The translations under genes and the position numbers were made by a program. The notes beneath the pieces are model-generated. The model did not search any database, was not told the origin of the DNA, and saw only the letters and a list, made by a program, of their open reading frames with translations. From Nostoc punctiforme PCC 73102 (GTDB lineage Bacteria > Cyanobacteriota > Cyanobacteriia > Cyanobacteriales > Nostocaceae): 32,000 bases of DNA. The stretch spans positions 630,001 through 662,000 of the forward strand of contig NC_010628.1 in assembly GCF_000020025.1 (NCBI RefSeq), written 5' to 3'. Shown piece by piece: positions 24,192-32,000 of this stretch. Numbering within the stretch: the stretch's first letter is position 1; the number at the start of each line of letters is the position of its first letter.

Positions 24192-25868
24192 ATGAAGATA
24201 GTTGCAAAGAAGAAACTGTGGAAATATCTATTTTGGTTGGGCCCGTTCCTAATTGCTGTCGGCTTAACAGTTGGGTTAGTTTCTGAACAGTGGGGACTAA
24301 TTCCATTAGTATTTCTGATTGCGGGAGTTGTAATCAGTGGGTTGGGGATAATATGGCAAAGCTATGAGACTAACTGGTGGAAACGTCGTTCTACCCAAGC
24401 TGGGACTAATGCCCTAGTAGCAACTCTAGCAGTGTTGGCAATTTTGGGATTGATTAACTTTTTGGGGACTCGCTACCACTTGCGGGCAGACTTAACAGAA
24501 AGCCAATTGTTTACCCTTGCGCCCCAGTCACGAGAATTGGTGAGTGTTTTACCACAACCAGTTAAGGTGTGGGTGTTTGATATTAACCAAAATCCTCAAG
24601 ACCGAGAATTACTAGAAAATTATCAGCGGCAAAGCTCAAAATTTAAATATGAATACATTGACCCCCAAGCTAGACCAGGACTTGCAGAAAAGTTTGGCGT
24701 TAAAGATTACGGGGAAGTTTATTTAGAATCTGGAGATAAACGGCAATTAGTACAAACAGTAAATCAAAATGAGCGGTTGTCAGAAATCAGATTAACTAGT
24801 CGCCTGCAACAACTAACAAATTCAACCACAGCTAAAGTTTACTTACTCCAAGGTCATGGCGAACGCCAACTTTCGGCTGGTAAAGGTGCAATATCACAAG
24901 CAGTTCAGGGATTAGGCGACAAAAATTTCACAACATCACCACTGAATTTAGGAGAAACTTCCAAAGTTCCTGAAGATGCGTCTGTTGTGATCGTAGCTGG
25001 CCCCAAGCGAGGGCTATTTGAAGGCGAAGTCAAAGCTTTGCAAGAGTATCTTAATCGCGGCGGTAACTTATTGCTGATGATCGATCCTAATACCAATCCC
25101 AAACTTAACAGCTTGTTACAAGAGTGGGGTGTTCGTCTGGATAATCGTTTAGCAGTCGATGTCTCTGGCGAAAGCGTCGTGGGACTTGGTCCTGCTGCAC
25201 CCTTAGTCACAGAATACGGGCAACATCCGATTACCAAGGATTTCGGTAACGGCAATTCTTTTTATCCCATTGCCCGACCCCTGGAAATTACATCTGTACC
25301 TGGTGTTCAAGCTACTCCATTGCTACGAACCAAACCCTACCCGAACAGTTGGGCAGAAAGCGACCTCCAAAGCGAAAAATTGGAGTTTAATGCAGATAAA
25401 GACCTGAAAGGGCCTCTAACCTTGGGCGTAGCCTTAACAAGAAAACAAGCAGCTAAATCTGCTTCAACTCCCCAAGCTGCACCGACACCTTCACCCCTAC
25501 CATCACCAACCATTCAAAGAAAAGCTCCCCCTGCTTCCCCTGCCTCCCCTGCCCTCTCTACTCCCACTCCTTCCTCAACTCCCTCATCGCAAACAGCCAC
25601 CGAGTCAAGGTTAGTAGTTTTAGGAAATTCTGATTTCGCCACCGATGGCTTGTTTCAACAGCAATTAAATGGAGATGTATTCCTCAACTCAGTTACTTGG
25701 CTGAGTCAACAGGATCAGCAACCCCTTTCCATTCGCCCCAAAGAACCAAAAAACCGTCGGATAACCCTGACAACCACACAAGGCAATCTTTTAATATTGT
25801 CGTCTCTGTTGCTTTTACCTTTAATTGGGTTTGCGATCGCAGTTATTATTTGGTGGAAACGACGGTAA
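24192..25868 (+). CDS. GldG-like auxiliary component of an ABC-type transport system
   Basis: N- and C-terminal TM anchors, a LLQGHGER motif, and a position directly after the ABC ATPase and ABC-2 permease genes. A Pro/Ser/Thr-rich linker (STPQAAPTPSPLPSP...PASPASPALSTPTPSSTPSS) lies near the C-terminus. Confidence 0.7.
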   Translation: MKIVAKKKLWKYLFWLGPFLIAVGLTVGLVSEQWGLIPLVFLIAGVVISGLGIIWQSYETNWWKRRSTQAGTNALVATLAVLAILGLINFLGTRYHLRADLTESQLFTLAPQSRELVSVLPQPVKVWVFDINQNPQDRELLENYQRQSSKFKYEYIDPQARPGLAEKFGVKDYGEVYLESGDKRQLVQTVNQNERLSEIRLTSRLQQLTNSTTAKVYLLQGHGERQLSAGKGAISQAVQGLGDKNFTTSPLNLGETSKVPEDASVVIVAGPKRGLFEGEVKALQEYLNRGGNLLLMIDPNTNPKLNSLLQEWGVRLDNRLAVDVSGESVVGLGPAAPLVTEYGQHPITKDFGNGNSFYPIARPLEITSVPGVQATPLLRTKPYPNSWAESDLQSEKLEFNADKDLKGPLTLGVALTRKQAAKSASTPQAAPTPSPLPSPTIQRKAPPASPASPALSTPTPSSTPSSQTATESRLVVLGNSDFATDGLFQQQLNGDVFLNSVTWLSQQDQQPLSIRPKEPKNRRITLTTTQGNLLILSSLLLLPLIGFAIAVIIWWKRR

Positions 25869-25918
25869 AGTTAGGAGTTAGGAATTCTCCCTCAGTCCCA
25901 ATGACAAATGACTAAAAA

Positions 25919-26545
25919 ATGAAATTGCCGAGAACGACTTTAATTTTGATACTGCTAGCGCTGGGTTTAGGTGGTTTTGTTTACTTCTCTGAGATTCGGG
26001 GTGCGACTGTGCGAGAAGAAACCAAAGAGGAAAATAAGCAAATTTTCTCTTTTGCCGCCGATGATGTGCAATCTCTAACAGTTAAAACAAAAAAACTCAC
26101 CCTGAATCTGGAACGTAATCCTGAATCTAGTAGTAACCCCAAGTGGTTAATAAAATCTCCAGTACCGGGCCCAGCAAATGACGCTATTGTTTCTTATTTG
26201 ATGGATTTACTAGTCAAAGGTAAGAGCGATCGCACCTTATCAACTCCACCAAAAGAGCTTGGGCAATTTGCTTTAGATGAACCCCCAGCAACTATCAATA
26301 TCACCTTAAAAAATCGGCAAAACCATCAGTTGATTTTGGGTAAAGCTAACTTTAACGGACGTTTCTTATATGCTCAAGCAGACCCTGCTGCTAAACCCGA
26401 TGGAAATATAAACGTGCTGTTGGTATCTACAGATTTTGCAAATGCCGTGAATCGGGAATTATCAGAGTGGAAGCAACCTGTAGACAATAGTCAGAAACTT
26501 CCTCCGCTCACCATTCCTAAACCGACTCCGACAAACAGCAAATAA
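25919..26545 (+). CDS. DUF4340-like protein (signal anchor plus periplasmic domain)
   Basis: N-terminal anchor LILILLALGLGGFVYF. It is the usual fourth gene after a GldG-like gene, as I recall that operon. Confidence 0.55.
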   Translation: MKLPRTTLILILLALGLGGFVYFSEIRGATVREETKEENKQIFSFAADDVQSLTVKTKKLTLNLERNPESSSNPKWLIKSPVPGPANDAIVSYLMDLLVKGKSDRTLSTPPKELGQFALDEPPATINITLKNRQNHQLILGKANFNGRFLYAQADPAAKPDGNINVLLVSTDFANAVNRELSEWKQPVDNSQKLPPLTIPKPTPTNSK

Positions 26546-26568
26546 TTAATTCCAAATCTGGCGATATT

Positions 26569-27426
26569 ATGATGACAAATCCCACAGCAACATTGCTGAT
26601 TTCCTGCCCAGATCAACGGGGACTAGTGGCGAAATTTGCCAATTTCATCTATTCTAACGGTGGTAATATTATCCATGCAGATCAGCATACAGACTTTGCT
26701 GCTGGCTTATTTCTCACCCGTATTGAATGGCAGCTAGAGGGGTTTAATTTGCCGCGTGAATTTATTGCCCCAGCTTTTAATGCGATCGCACAACCTCTTA
26801 GCGCTAAGTGGGAAATACGTTTTTCTGATACAGTACCACGCATTGCTATTTGGGTAAGTCGGCAAGACCATTGTCTATTTGATTTAATTTGGCGACAACG
26901 TGCTAAAGAATTTGTGGCTGAAATCCCTTTAATTATTAGTAATCATGCTAATTTAAAGGTAGTAGCAGAACAATTTAATATTGACTTTCAGCACGTTCCC
27001 ATCACTAAAGACAATAAATCGGAGCAAGAAGCTCAACAACTAGAATTACTCCGCCAGTACAAAATAGATTTAGTTGTATTGGCAAAATATATGCAGATTG
27101 TTAGTGCAGATTTTATTAATCAATTTTCGCAAATTATTAATATTCATCACTCCTTTTTACCAGCTTTTATCGGTGCAAACCCCTATCACCGAGCTTTTGA
27201 ACGCGGTGTTAAAATTATTGGTGCAACCGCTCATTATGCCACTGCTGATTTAGATGCAGGGCCAATTATTGAACAGGATGTAGTTCGAGTCAGTCACCGT
27301 GATGAAGTGGATGATTTAGTGAGAAAAGGCAAAGATTTGGAGAGAGTTGTATTAGCAAGAGCAGTGCGATCGCACTTACAAAATCGTGTATTAGTTTATG
27401 GTAATAGAACAGTAGTATTCGAGTGA
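26569..27426 (+). CDS. purU: Formyltetrahydrofolate deformylase
   Basis: N-terminal ACT-like segment (LLISCPDQRGLVAKFANFIYSNGGNIIHADQH) and a formyltransferase core (IINIHHSFLPAFIGANPYHRA, GATAHY...LDAGPIIEQD). Confidence 0.9.
   Translation: MMTNPTATLLISCPDQRGLVAKFANFIYSNGGNIIHADQHTDFAAGLFLTRIEWQLEGFNLPREFIAPAFNAIAQPLSAKWEIRFSDTVPRIAIWVSRQDHCLFDLIWRQRAKEFVAEIPLIISNHANLKVVAEQFNIDFQHVPITKDNKSEQEAQQLELLRQYKIDLVVLAKYMQIVSADFINQFSQIINIHHSFLPAFIGANPYHRAFERGVKIIGATAHYATADLDAGPIIEQDVVRVSHRDEVDDLVRKGKDLERVVLARAVRSHLQNRVLVYGNRTVVFE
27390..27420 (+). repeat. Left copy of a 31-bp direct repeat (the last codons of purU)
   Basis: ATTAGTTTATGGTAATAGAACAGTAGTATTC matches 28459-28489 at 29 of 31 positions. 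Confidence 0.75.
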
Positions 27427-27546
27427 TTGATTTTATATCAGAACAAATGTAATTTTACAAGAGATGAGTATAAAAATATTAAGAGCTATCGCTGGGTTTG
27501 CAAAAGCAAAGTTAAATAGTTAACAACCTCATAGTAATAAGATATT

Positions 27547-28392
27547 ATGCTCCCTGACAACTTTATCGTCCGCACAATGAAAAGGTCGGAAATTGATTTG
27601 GCGATTACTTGGGCAGCAAGCGAAGGTTGGAATCCAGGAAAATATGATGCTGAATCTTTTTATCAAACTGAAAAGAACGGTTTTTTATTGGGCGAGTTGA
27701 ATGGTGAGCCAGTGGGGTGTATTTCTGCTGTTGCTTACGATCAACACTTTGGCTTTCTAGGTTTTTATATTGTGAAACCCCAGTTTCGTGGGCAGGGGTT
27801 GGGTATGAAAATTTGGAAGACAGCAATCGACTATCTCGGTGCCGATCGTAACATTGGCTTGGATGGTGTAGTAGCTCAACAAGATAACTACAAAAAGTCT
27901 GGTTTCCAAATCGCTTATAAGAATATTCGTTATCAAGGGGTGGGTGGCGGTGTTATGCCTGCTGGTATCATCGACCTTAAAACAGTGCCTTTTGAAGAGT
28001 TGGTGGCTTACGATTGCCAACTTTTTCCTTCTAAGCGTCCAGTGTTTCTGCGACATTGGATTGAACAGCCAGAAAGTACTGCTTTCGGGTTTCTCAAAAA
28101 TGGATATCTTGTTGGTTACGGAGTTATCCGGCCTGCCTATACAGGTTTTCGGATTGGGCCACTGTTTGCTAATGACGAACAGATTGCTGAAGCATTATTT
28201 CAAGCCTTGCTTGCAGAAAATCCTCATGCTCCAGTGTTTTTTGATGTACCCGATGCAAATGTACAAGCAATTAACCTAGTTCAACGTTACCAATTTGAGC
28301 CAGTCTTTCAAACTGCTCGGATGTACACTAAAGAAATTCCTAATTTAGCTATTGATCGCGTCTTTGCTGTGACAAGTTTGGAACTAGGATAG
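27547..28392 (+). CDS. GNAT-family N-acetyltransferase with a C-terminal extension
   Basis: Acetyl-CoA motif A is QFRGQGLGMKIW. The 281-aa two-lobed layout resembles YitH-type GNATs. Confidence 0.8.
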   Translation: MLPDNFIVRTMKRSEIDLAITWAASEGWNPGKYDAESFYQTEKNGFLLGELNGEPVGCISAVAYDQHFGFLGFYIVKPQFRGQGLGMKIWKTAIDYLGADRNIGLDGVVAQQDNYKKSGFQIAYKNIRYQGVGGGVMPAGIIDLKTVPFEELVAYDCQLFPSKRPVFLRHWIEQPESTAFGFLKNGYLVGYGVIRPAYTGFRIGPLFANDEQIAEALFQALLAENPHAPVFFDVPDANVQAINLVQRYQFEPVFQTARMYTKEIPNLAIDRVFAVTSLELG

Positions 28393-28458
28393 AGACAGAC
28401 AAACAATGTGTTTAGACCCCTAATAATACAATCCCACTGTGAACGGGTGAGTTTTTCT

Positions 28459-28489
28459 ATTAGTCTATGGTAATAGACCAGTAGTATTC
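28459..28489 (+). repeat. Right copy of the 31-bp direct repeat (relic of the purU 3' end)
   Basis: ATTAGTCTATGGTAATAGACCAGTAGTATTC. In the purU frame it would read LVYGNRPVVF, against LVYGNRTVVF in the live gene. Confidence 0.75.
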
Positions 28490-28548
28490 TGTACCTTACA
28501 TTGGCGTAGCCTCTCGTAGAGAAATTGAAATCTACTGTATGTACAAAC

Positions 28549-28570
28549 AAAGTCCGCCTATGCGGACTTT
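28549..28570. terminator. Hairpin between convergent genes (AAAGTCCGC-CTAT-GCGGACTTT)
   Basis: Perfect 9-bp stem with a 4-nt loop. On the minus strand a T-rich run (TTGTTTGT) follows. It sits 35 bp past the stop of the 428-aa gene. Confidence 0.55.
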
Positions 28571-28604
28571 AAGAATAGTTATTTCAAGAATTGCCCTAGG
28601 TGGT

Positions 28605-29891
28605 TTAGTTAGATGAAACTAACTCTGTCTCATCTTTCGATTCATCTCTGATTTTAAAGTAGTAATAAAGATTACTAACAGTTAAGTCTGATGCCTGTTG
28701 CAAATGAGATGTAACTAATGTTTTATAACCAGTAATTCCAGCTTGTTCACTAATATAAACTTCGTACTCTCGACGTAGTTCAGGATCGAATAGAAATAAC
28801 AACTGGTCACGAAGTGAATAGAAATGAGATTTTTCAGCTAAACTCTCATACATTAATTGTTCTACTGGTTCTGCTAAATTGATTGTGGAATAGTGAGTAT
28901 CTGTACTATTAAAATCAGCGCTACTTAAAAGTTTTAAATCTGATGAAGGAAGTGATTGCATCCAATCAACATGATTTTGCCATGAATCCAATACCGCTAA
29001 ATCATGATTTTTAATGCGAATAATTTCGGGAAAGAGAAAATCAAGCTCATCATGTGATTCGCAACGATTAATCACAGTGAGAGCATCTTCACGGATTTTA
29101 TCTTGGAGTAGGATGAGGCGATCGCTGACTGCTGAAACTTCACTCTGCACTTGATAAGTTGCAACAATCGCCTGTTCAATTGCCCAAGCGCATTCAAGTC
29201 TGCGTAGCTGACCAGCTGCACAGGTTTCTTCTAGTAAATGGGGATTACTGTAATCCGCTAAAGCTGCGAATAACATTCCCCTCACGCCATCAATCTCAGC
29301 ATTTCTCCGGCTGAAATCTTGCAATTGCATCGCTGAACGGAAGCGGTTCATCGCCTGGATAAACACTCCATAAGCCCTCACTAAAGCTGTGCGATGCTGT
29401 TCAAATTTGATATCTTGGGCTACTTGTTCGATTATTTGTCTAATTTCTACTCCTTGGTCTTTTAAAGCTTGTTTTAAGTCAATAAAGCCGTTTTTGACTT
29501 CCAGTCTCATTTGCTCTACTTCTTTTCTTAATTTCATTGTTTGGTGTAGGTTGACTGCTGTCAACGCAACACCTGCTATTGTTCCTACACCAATTAAGGC
29601 TGTAGTTGCTTGCAGCACACCCAAGCTAGTCTGTATAGTTTGCAATCCATTCAGTACTGCTGTAAAGCCTTGCTGAGTTTGATACATCTGCGCCCCACTG
29701 ATAAGTAAATTTGAAGCTGCTACCAGTGGAGATAAAGGGCTGTTGTTGACTGTAGCACCAATAGCATGGGCAATAAACTGCCCACTAACTGCATCTCTAG
29801 CCATGCTTAAAGGTACTCCATTGCTAAAGACTTGTAGATATTTACCAGTTTCAATACCAGCTTGAATTGCAGGCGCAAATTGGAACAGCAT
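28605..29891 (-). CDS. Hypothetical protein (428 aa) with one predicted TM helix and a coiled-coil-like region
   Basis: Complete ORF. TM candidate LIGVGTIAGVALTAVNL, followed by KLRKEVEQMRLEVKNGFIDLKQALKDQGVEIRQIIEQ. I recognise no family. Confidence 0.6.
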   Translation of the reverse strand: MLFQFAPAIQAGIETGKYLQVFSNGVPLSMARDAVSGQFIAHAIGATVNNSPLSPLVAASNLLISGAQMYQTQQGFTAVLNGLQTIQTSLGVLQATTALIGVGTIAGVALTAVNLHQTMKLRKEVEQMRLEVKNGFIDLKQALKDQGVEIRQIIEQVAQDIKFEQHRTALVRAYGVFIQAMNRFRSAMQLQDFSRRNAEIDGVRGMLFAALADYSNPHLLEETCAAGQLRRLECAWAIEQAIVATYQVQSEVSAVSDRLILLQDKIREDALTVINRCESHDELDFLFPEIIRIKNHDLAVLDSWQNHVDWMQSLPSSDLKLLSSADFNSTDTHYSTINLAEPVEQLMYESLAEKSHFYSLRDQLLFLFDPELRREYEVYISEQAGITGYKTLVTSHLQQASDLTVSNLYYYFKIRDESKDETELVSSN

Positions 29892-30033
29892 ATTTTTAGG
29901 TTGCTAAAAGCTAATTCTCTTGAGCCTAACTGGTATAAAAAAGTAAAGATAACCGTATTTATTCGGTATATTAATTAATTTTGTCTAAATCTGGGCATAC
30001 TAAGTCTGACAACTTATCGCCTTATATAGCTTT

Positions 30034-32000
30034 ATGGATACTTCACTAGTTAGCTCTCAGACTGTTGAGCTATTGTCGCAGATTACCGGGCAAAAACTGA
30101 CTCCAAAAAATCTCACGCCACCCGTTATTTTTCTGGCAAATTTAGTCACGGTGCTGCTGGGAGTGATATTTGTAGATGGCACAGTAGCAGAGTCAGAAAA
30201 GCAACGTTTACTAACAACCCTTTATCGATTTAGTATTCCAGAAAGTGATGTGCGTAAGTTGACACATTTGATGATTAAGGGAGTCAAAGAAAATCAAGTT
30301 TATAAGCAAGTTAATAATTTATTAGCATTGGCGGCTCCGCTTTCAGAATCAGAAAAGCTTTTGTTGATTAGCTTTGGCTATGAAATGTCAGCAGCAGATA
30401 GCGAAATTGACACCCGCGAGAAAAAATATCTGGATATAGTCGCCAAACACTTAGGCATTAAACCACAACATTTAGTAGTTTTAGAGGCTGGTTTTACTCA
30501 TCAAATAAATATAGAGCCTATTGCTTTAAATGAAGTACATTTTTTACTTAATCCTGCTCAATTTCAACAACTAGATATTATATTTATTAAGGCTGCAAGT
30601 GATATGTTAGCCGCTCTACCTGCTAAATCAGAACACAAAATAACTAAACCGCACAGAAATCGATCTTACGGAGAATTGAAAAAGTTCCAAGAATATCGTA
30701 AACAAGTAGATAATTGTTGTTATCAATTATTTCAGATAATTCAAGACTGTACCAATCGTGGCTTCTTGCCTCACACTTTGATAGAGGAAGTAGAGGAAAT
30801 ATCTCAAAAAGTAAAATTTCAGCAATTTAGGTTAGCAGTTTTAGGCGAGTTTAGCCAAGGAAAATCAACCTTACTTAATGCCTTACTAGGTGAAGAGATT
30901 CAACCTGTGAGAGAGATTCCTTGTAGTGGTATGGTAACAGTTTTAAAATATGGAACGCAAAAGCGGGTAGTCTGTCGTTATAAAGATGGGCGTGAAGAAG
31001 AAATTCCTTTTGAGCAATATCAACTAAAGGCAACAATTTCAGAAGATGCAGCACTTGGATGTCTGAGTGATGAACTAGCACACGATGAAATTGATGAAAT
31101 TGTTTTTGAGCATCCTGATTTAGAGTTATGTAGCAGTGGAGTGGAAATTATAGATTCCCCAGGATTAAACGAACACCCTGATCGCACCGCCATTACTCAA
31201 AAAGTCCTGAAGGATACGGATGCAGTGATATTCCTAACTAATGCCTCGCGTTCTCTAACTCAGCTAGAACGCGACTTACTCCAGGATGTGAGAACTCAAC
31301 TAAATCATGGTAAAGAAAATGAACCTGCTAACAATCTTTTTGTAGTAGGAAATTTTATAGATTTAGTGCGTACCGAAAAGGGACGTGAGCAAGTGCAACA
31401 GAGGATCGAAAGATTTGTAAAAGGTCAAAATCCTATAGTTACAGGTGAAAACCGCGTTCATTTTATTTCTGCTCAAGCTGCGCTGGATGCAATTTTACAG
31501 GGAACTGAAGATGACTATTTGAAAGACTTCCAAAATTTTACCCGGTCTATTGAGAAGTTTTTGACGTTTGATAGTGGAATAGTAAAAATTAAGCACTCTA
31601 TTAGTCAAATAAATAGAGTTGTCGAAAAAGGTTTAGATGGGCTTTATCAATCTCAAGATACTTTAGACAGAAAAATTCAAATTTCTGAAGCAGAAAAACA
31701 TAAAGTTTTAGAAAAAATAGGAGAAGCCAGTGGGCGCGATGTCAGAATCCGTATATTGGCAGATCAACTTATATACCTAGTATTTGAGCAAATTGCTGAA
31801 TCTTGGGATGAATGGCGTGAAGGATTAGGCGATCGCCTAGCTAACAAAAGTCAACGTTGGTATTCTGAACACAGTCCTGTTTTTAGCCAGGATAAACTCA
31901 TCAGAGATTATACAAATCAATTTATTCGAGATTTGTCAACAGAAATCGATGAATGGGGAAATACGAAACTTAAAGAGGTAATTTTACAAGAAAACCTTAA
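30034..32000 (+). CDS. TerB-like domain fused to a bacterial dynamin-like GTPase. 3' end beyond the window.
   Basis: It is absent from the ORF track because it is open to the window end. I translated it by hand with no stops in 655 codons. The N-terminus carries paired acidic motifs (VIFVDGTVAESEKQRLL; MSAADSEIDTREKKYLDIVAKHLGI). The P-loop GEFSQGKSTLLNALLG is at 30844 onward, and G3 (IIDSPGLNE) starts at 31153. A long helical region follows. Confidence 0.8.
   Translation, partial: MDTSLVSSQTVELLSQITGQKLTPKNLTPPVIFLANLVTVLLGVIFVDGTVAESEKQRLLTTLYRFSIPESDVRKLTHLMIKGVKENQVYKQVNNLLALAAPLSESEKLLLISFGYEMSAADSEIDTREKKYLDIVAKHLGIKPQHLVVLEAGFTHQINIEPIALNEVHFLLNPAQFQQLDIIFIKAASDMLAALPAKSEHKITKPHRNRSYGELKKFQEYRKQVDNCCYQLFQIIQDCTNRGFLPHTLIEEVEEISQKVKFQQFRLAVLGEFSQGKSTLLNALLGEEIQPVREIPCSGMVTVLKYGTQKRVVCRYKDGREEEIPFEQYQLKATISEDAALGCLSDELAHDEIDEIVFEHPDLELCSSGVEIIDSPGLNEHPDRTAITQKVLKDTDAVIFLTNASRSLTQLERDLLQDVRTQLNHGKENEPANNLFVVGNFIDLVRTEKGREQVQQRIERFVKGQNPIVTGENRVHFISAQAALDAILQGTEDDYLKDFQNFTRSIEKFLTFDSGIVKIKHSISQINRVVEKGLDGLYQSQDTLDRKIQISEAEKHKVLEKIGEASGRDVRIRILADQLIYLVFEQIAESWDEWREGLGDRLANKSQRWYSEHSPVFSQDKLIRDYTNQFIRDLSTEIDEWGNTKLKEVILQENL

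Noticed and set aside
28308-28550. Minus-strand 80-aa ORF overlapping the GNAT 3' end and the purU-relic repeat
   Set aside because: It overlaps a well-supported GNAT gene and the repeat and terminator region. Its composition is typical of spurious AT-rich ORFs.
1-32000. tRNA, rRNA, tmRNA or riboswitch candidates
   Set aside because: I scanned the larger non-coding gaps (123-470, 5740-6093, 7702-8107, 12620-12862, 13529-14006, 16950-17162, 21901-22335, 28393-28604). I saw no T-arm (GGTTCGAATCC-like) sequences, no rRNA-like sequences and no recognisable riboswitch cores. A covariance-model scan (Infernal/tRNAscan-SE) would be needed for certainty.

Overview
The window looks like chromosomal DNA from a filamentous, Nostocales-like cyanobacterium. 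By eye I count about 30 copies of the HIP1 octamer GCGATCGC. There are also STRR-type heptamer repeats and small hairpin or MITE-like repeats, alongside cyanobacterial genes such as ndhD and purU. No rRNA, tRNA or CRISPR array was seen.

Layout:
- 1-122: the 5' end of ndhD.
- 0.4-4.6 kb: a zone of decayed genes. It holds a DUF547 remnant, a truncated histidine kinase, and a TPR gene broken by a 1-kb IS5-type element and a 140-bp MITE.
- 4.6-7.7 kb: small housekeeping or hypothetical genes (a DUF1499-like protein, membrane proteins, a two-domain rhodanese).
- 8.1-9.9 kb: a WD40 protein with an unassigned N-terminal module.
- 10.1-11.5 kb: an intact IS701-like element.
- 11.5-21.9 kb: the most unusual locus (below).
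- 22.3-26.5 kb: a conserved-looking ABC ATPase / ABC-2 permease / GldG-like / DUF4340-like operon.
- 26.6-28.4 kb: purU and a GNAT gene. The GNAT segment is bracketed by a 31-bp duplication of the purU 3' end.
- 28.6-32.0 kb: a 428-aa hypothetical gene, divergent from a TerB-like::dynamin-like GTPase fusion that runs off the right edge.

The 11.5-21.9 kb locus has six minus-strand genes carrying eight copies of a cysteine-less, HMA-like domain (motif hhHxxPGRhRFRhP). They surround a P-type ATPase in which the expected P1B metal-ligand residues are replaced, and a DUF5132-like micro-membrane protein. A second WD40 gene is wedged in convergently.

Family names come from motif recognition and memory only. 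No searches were run.
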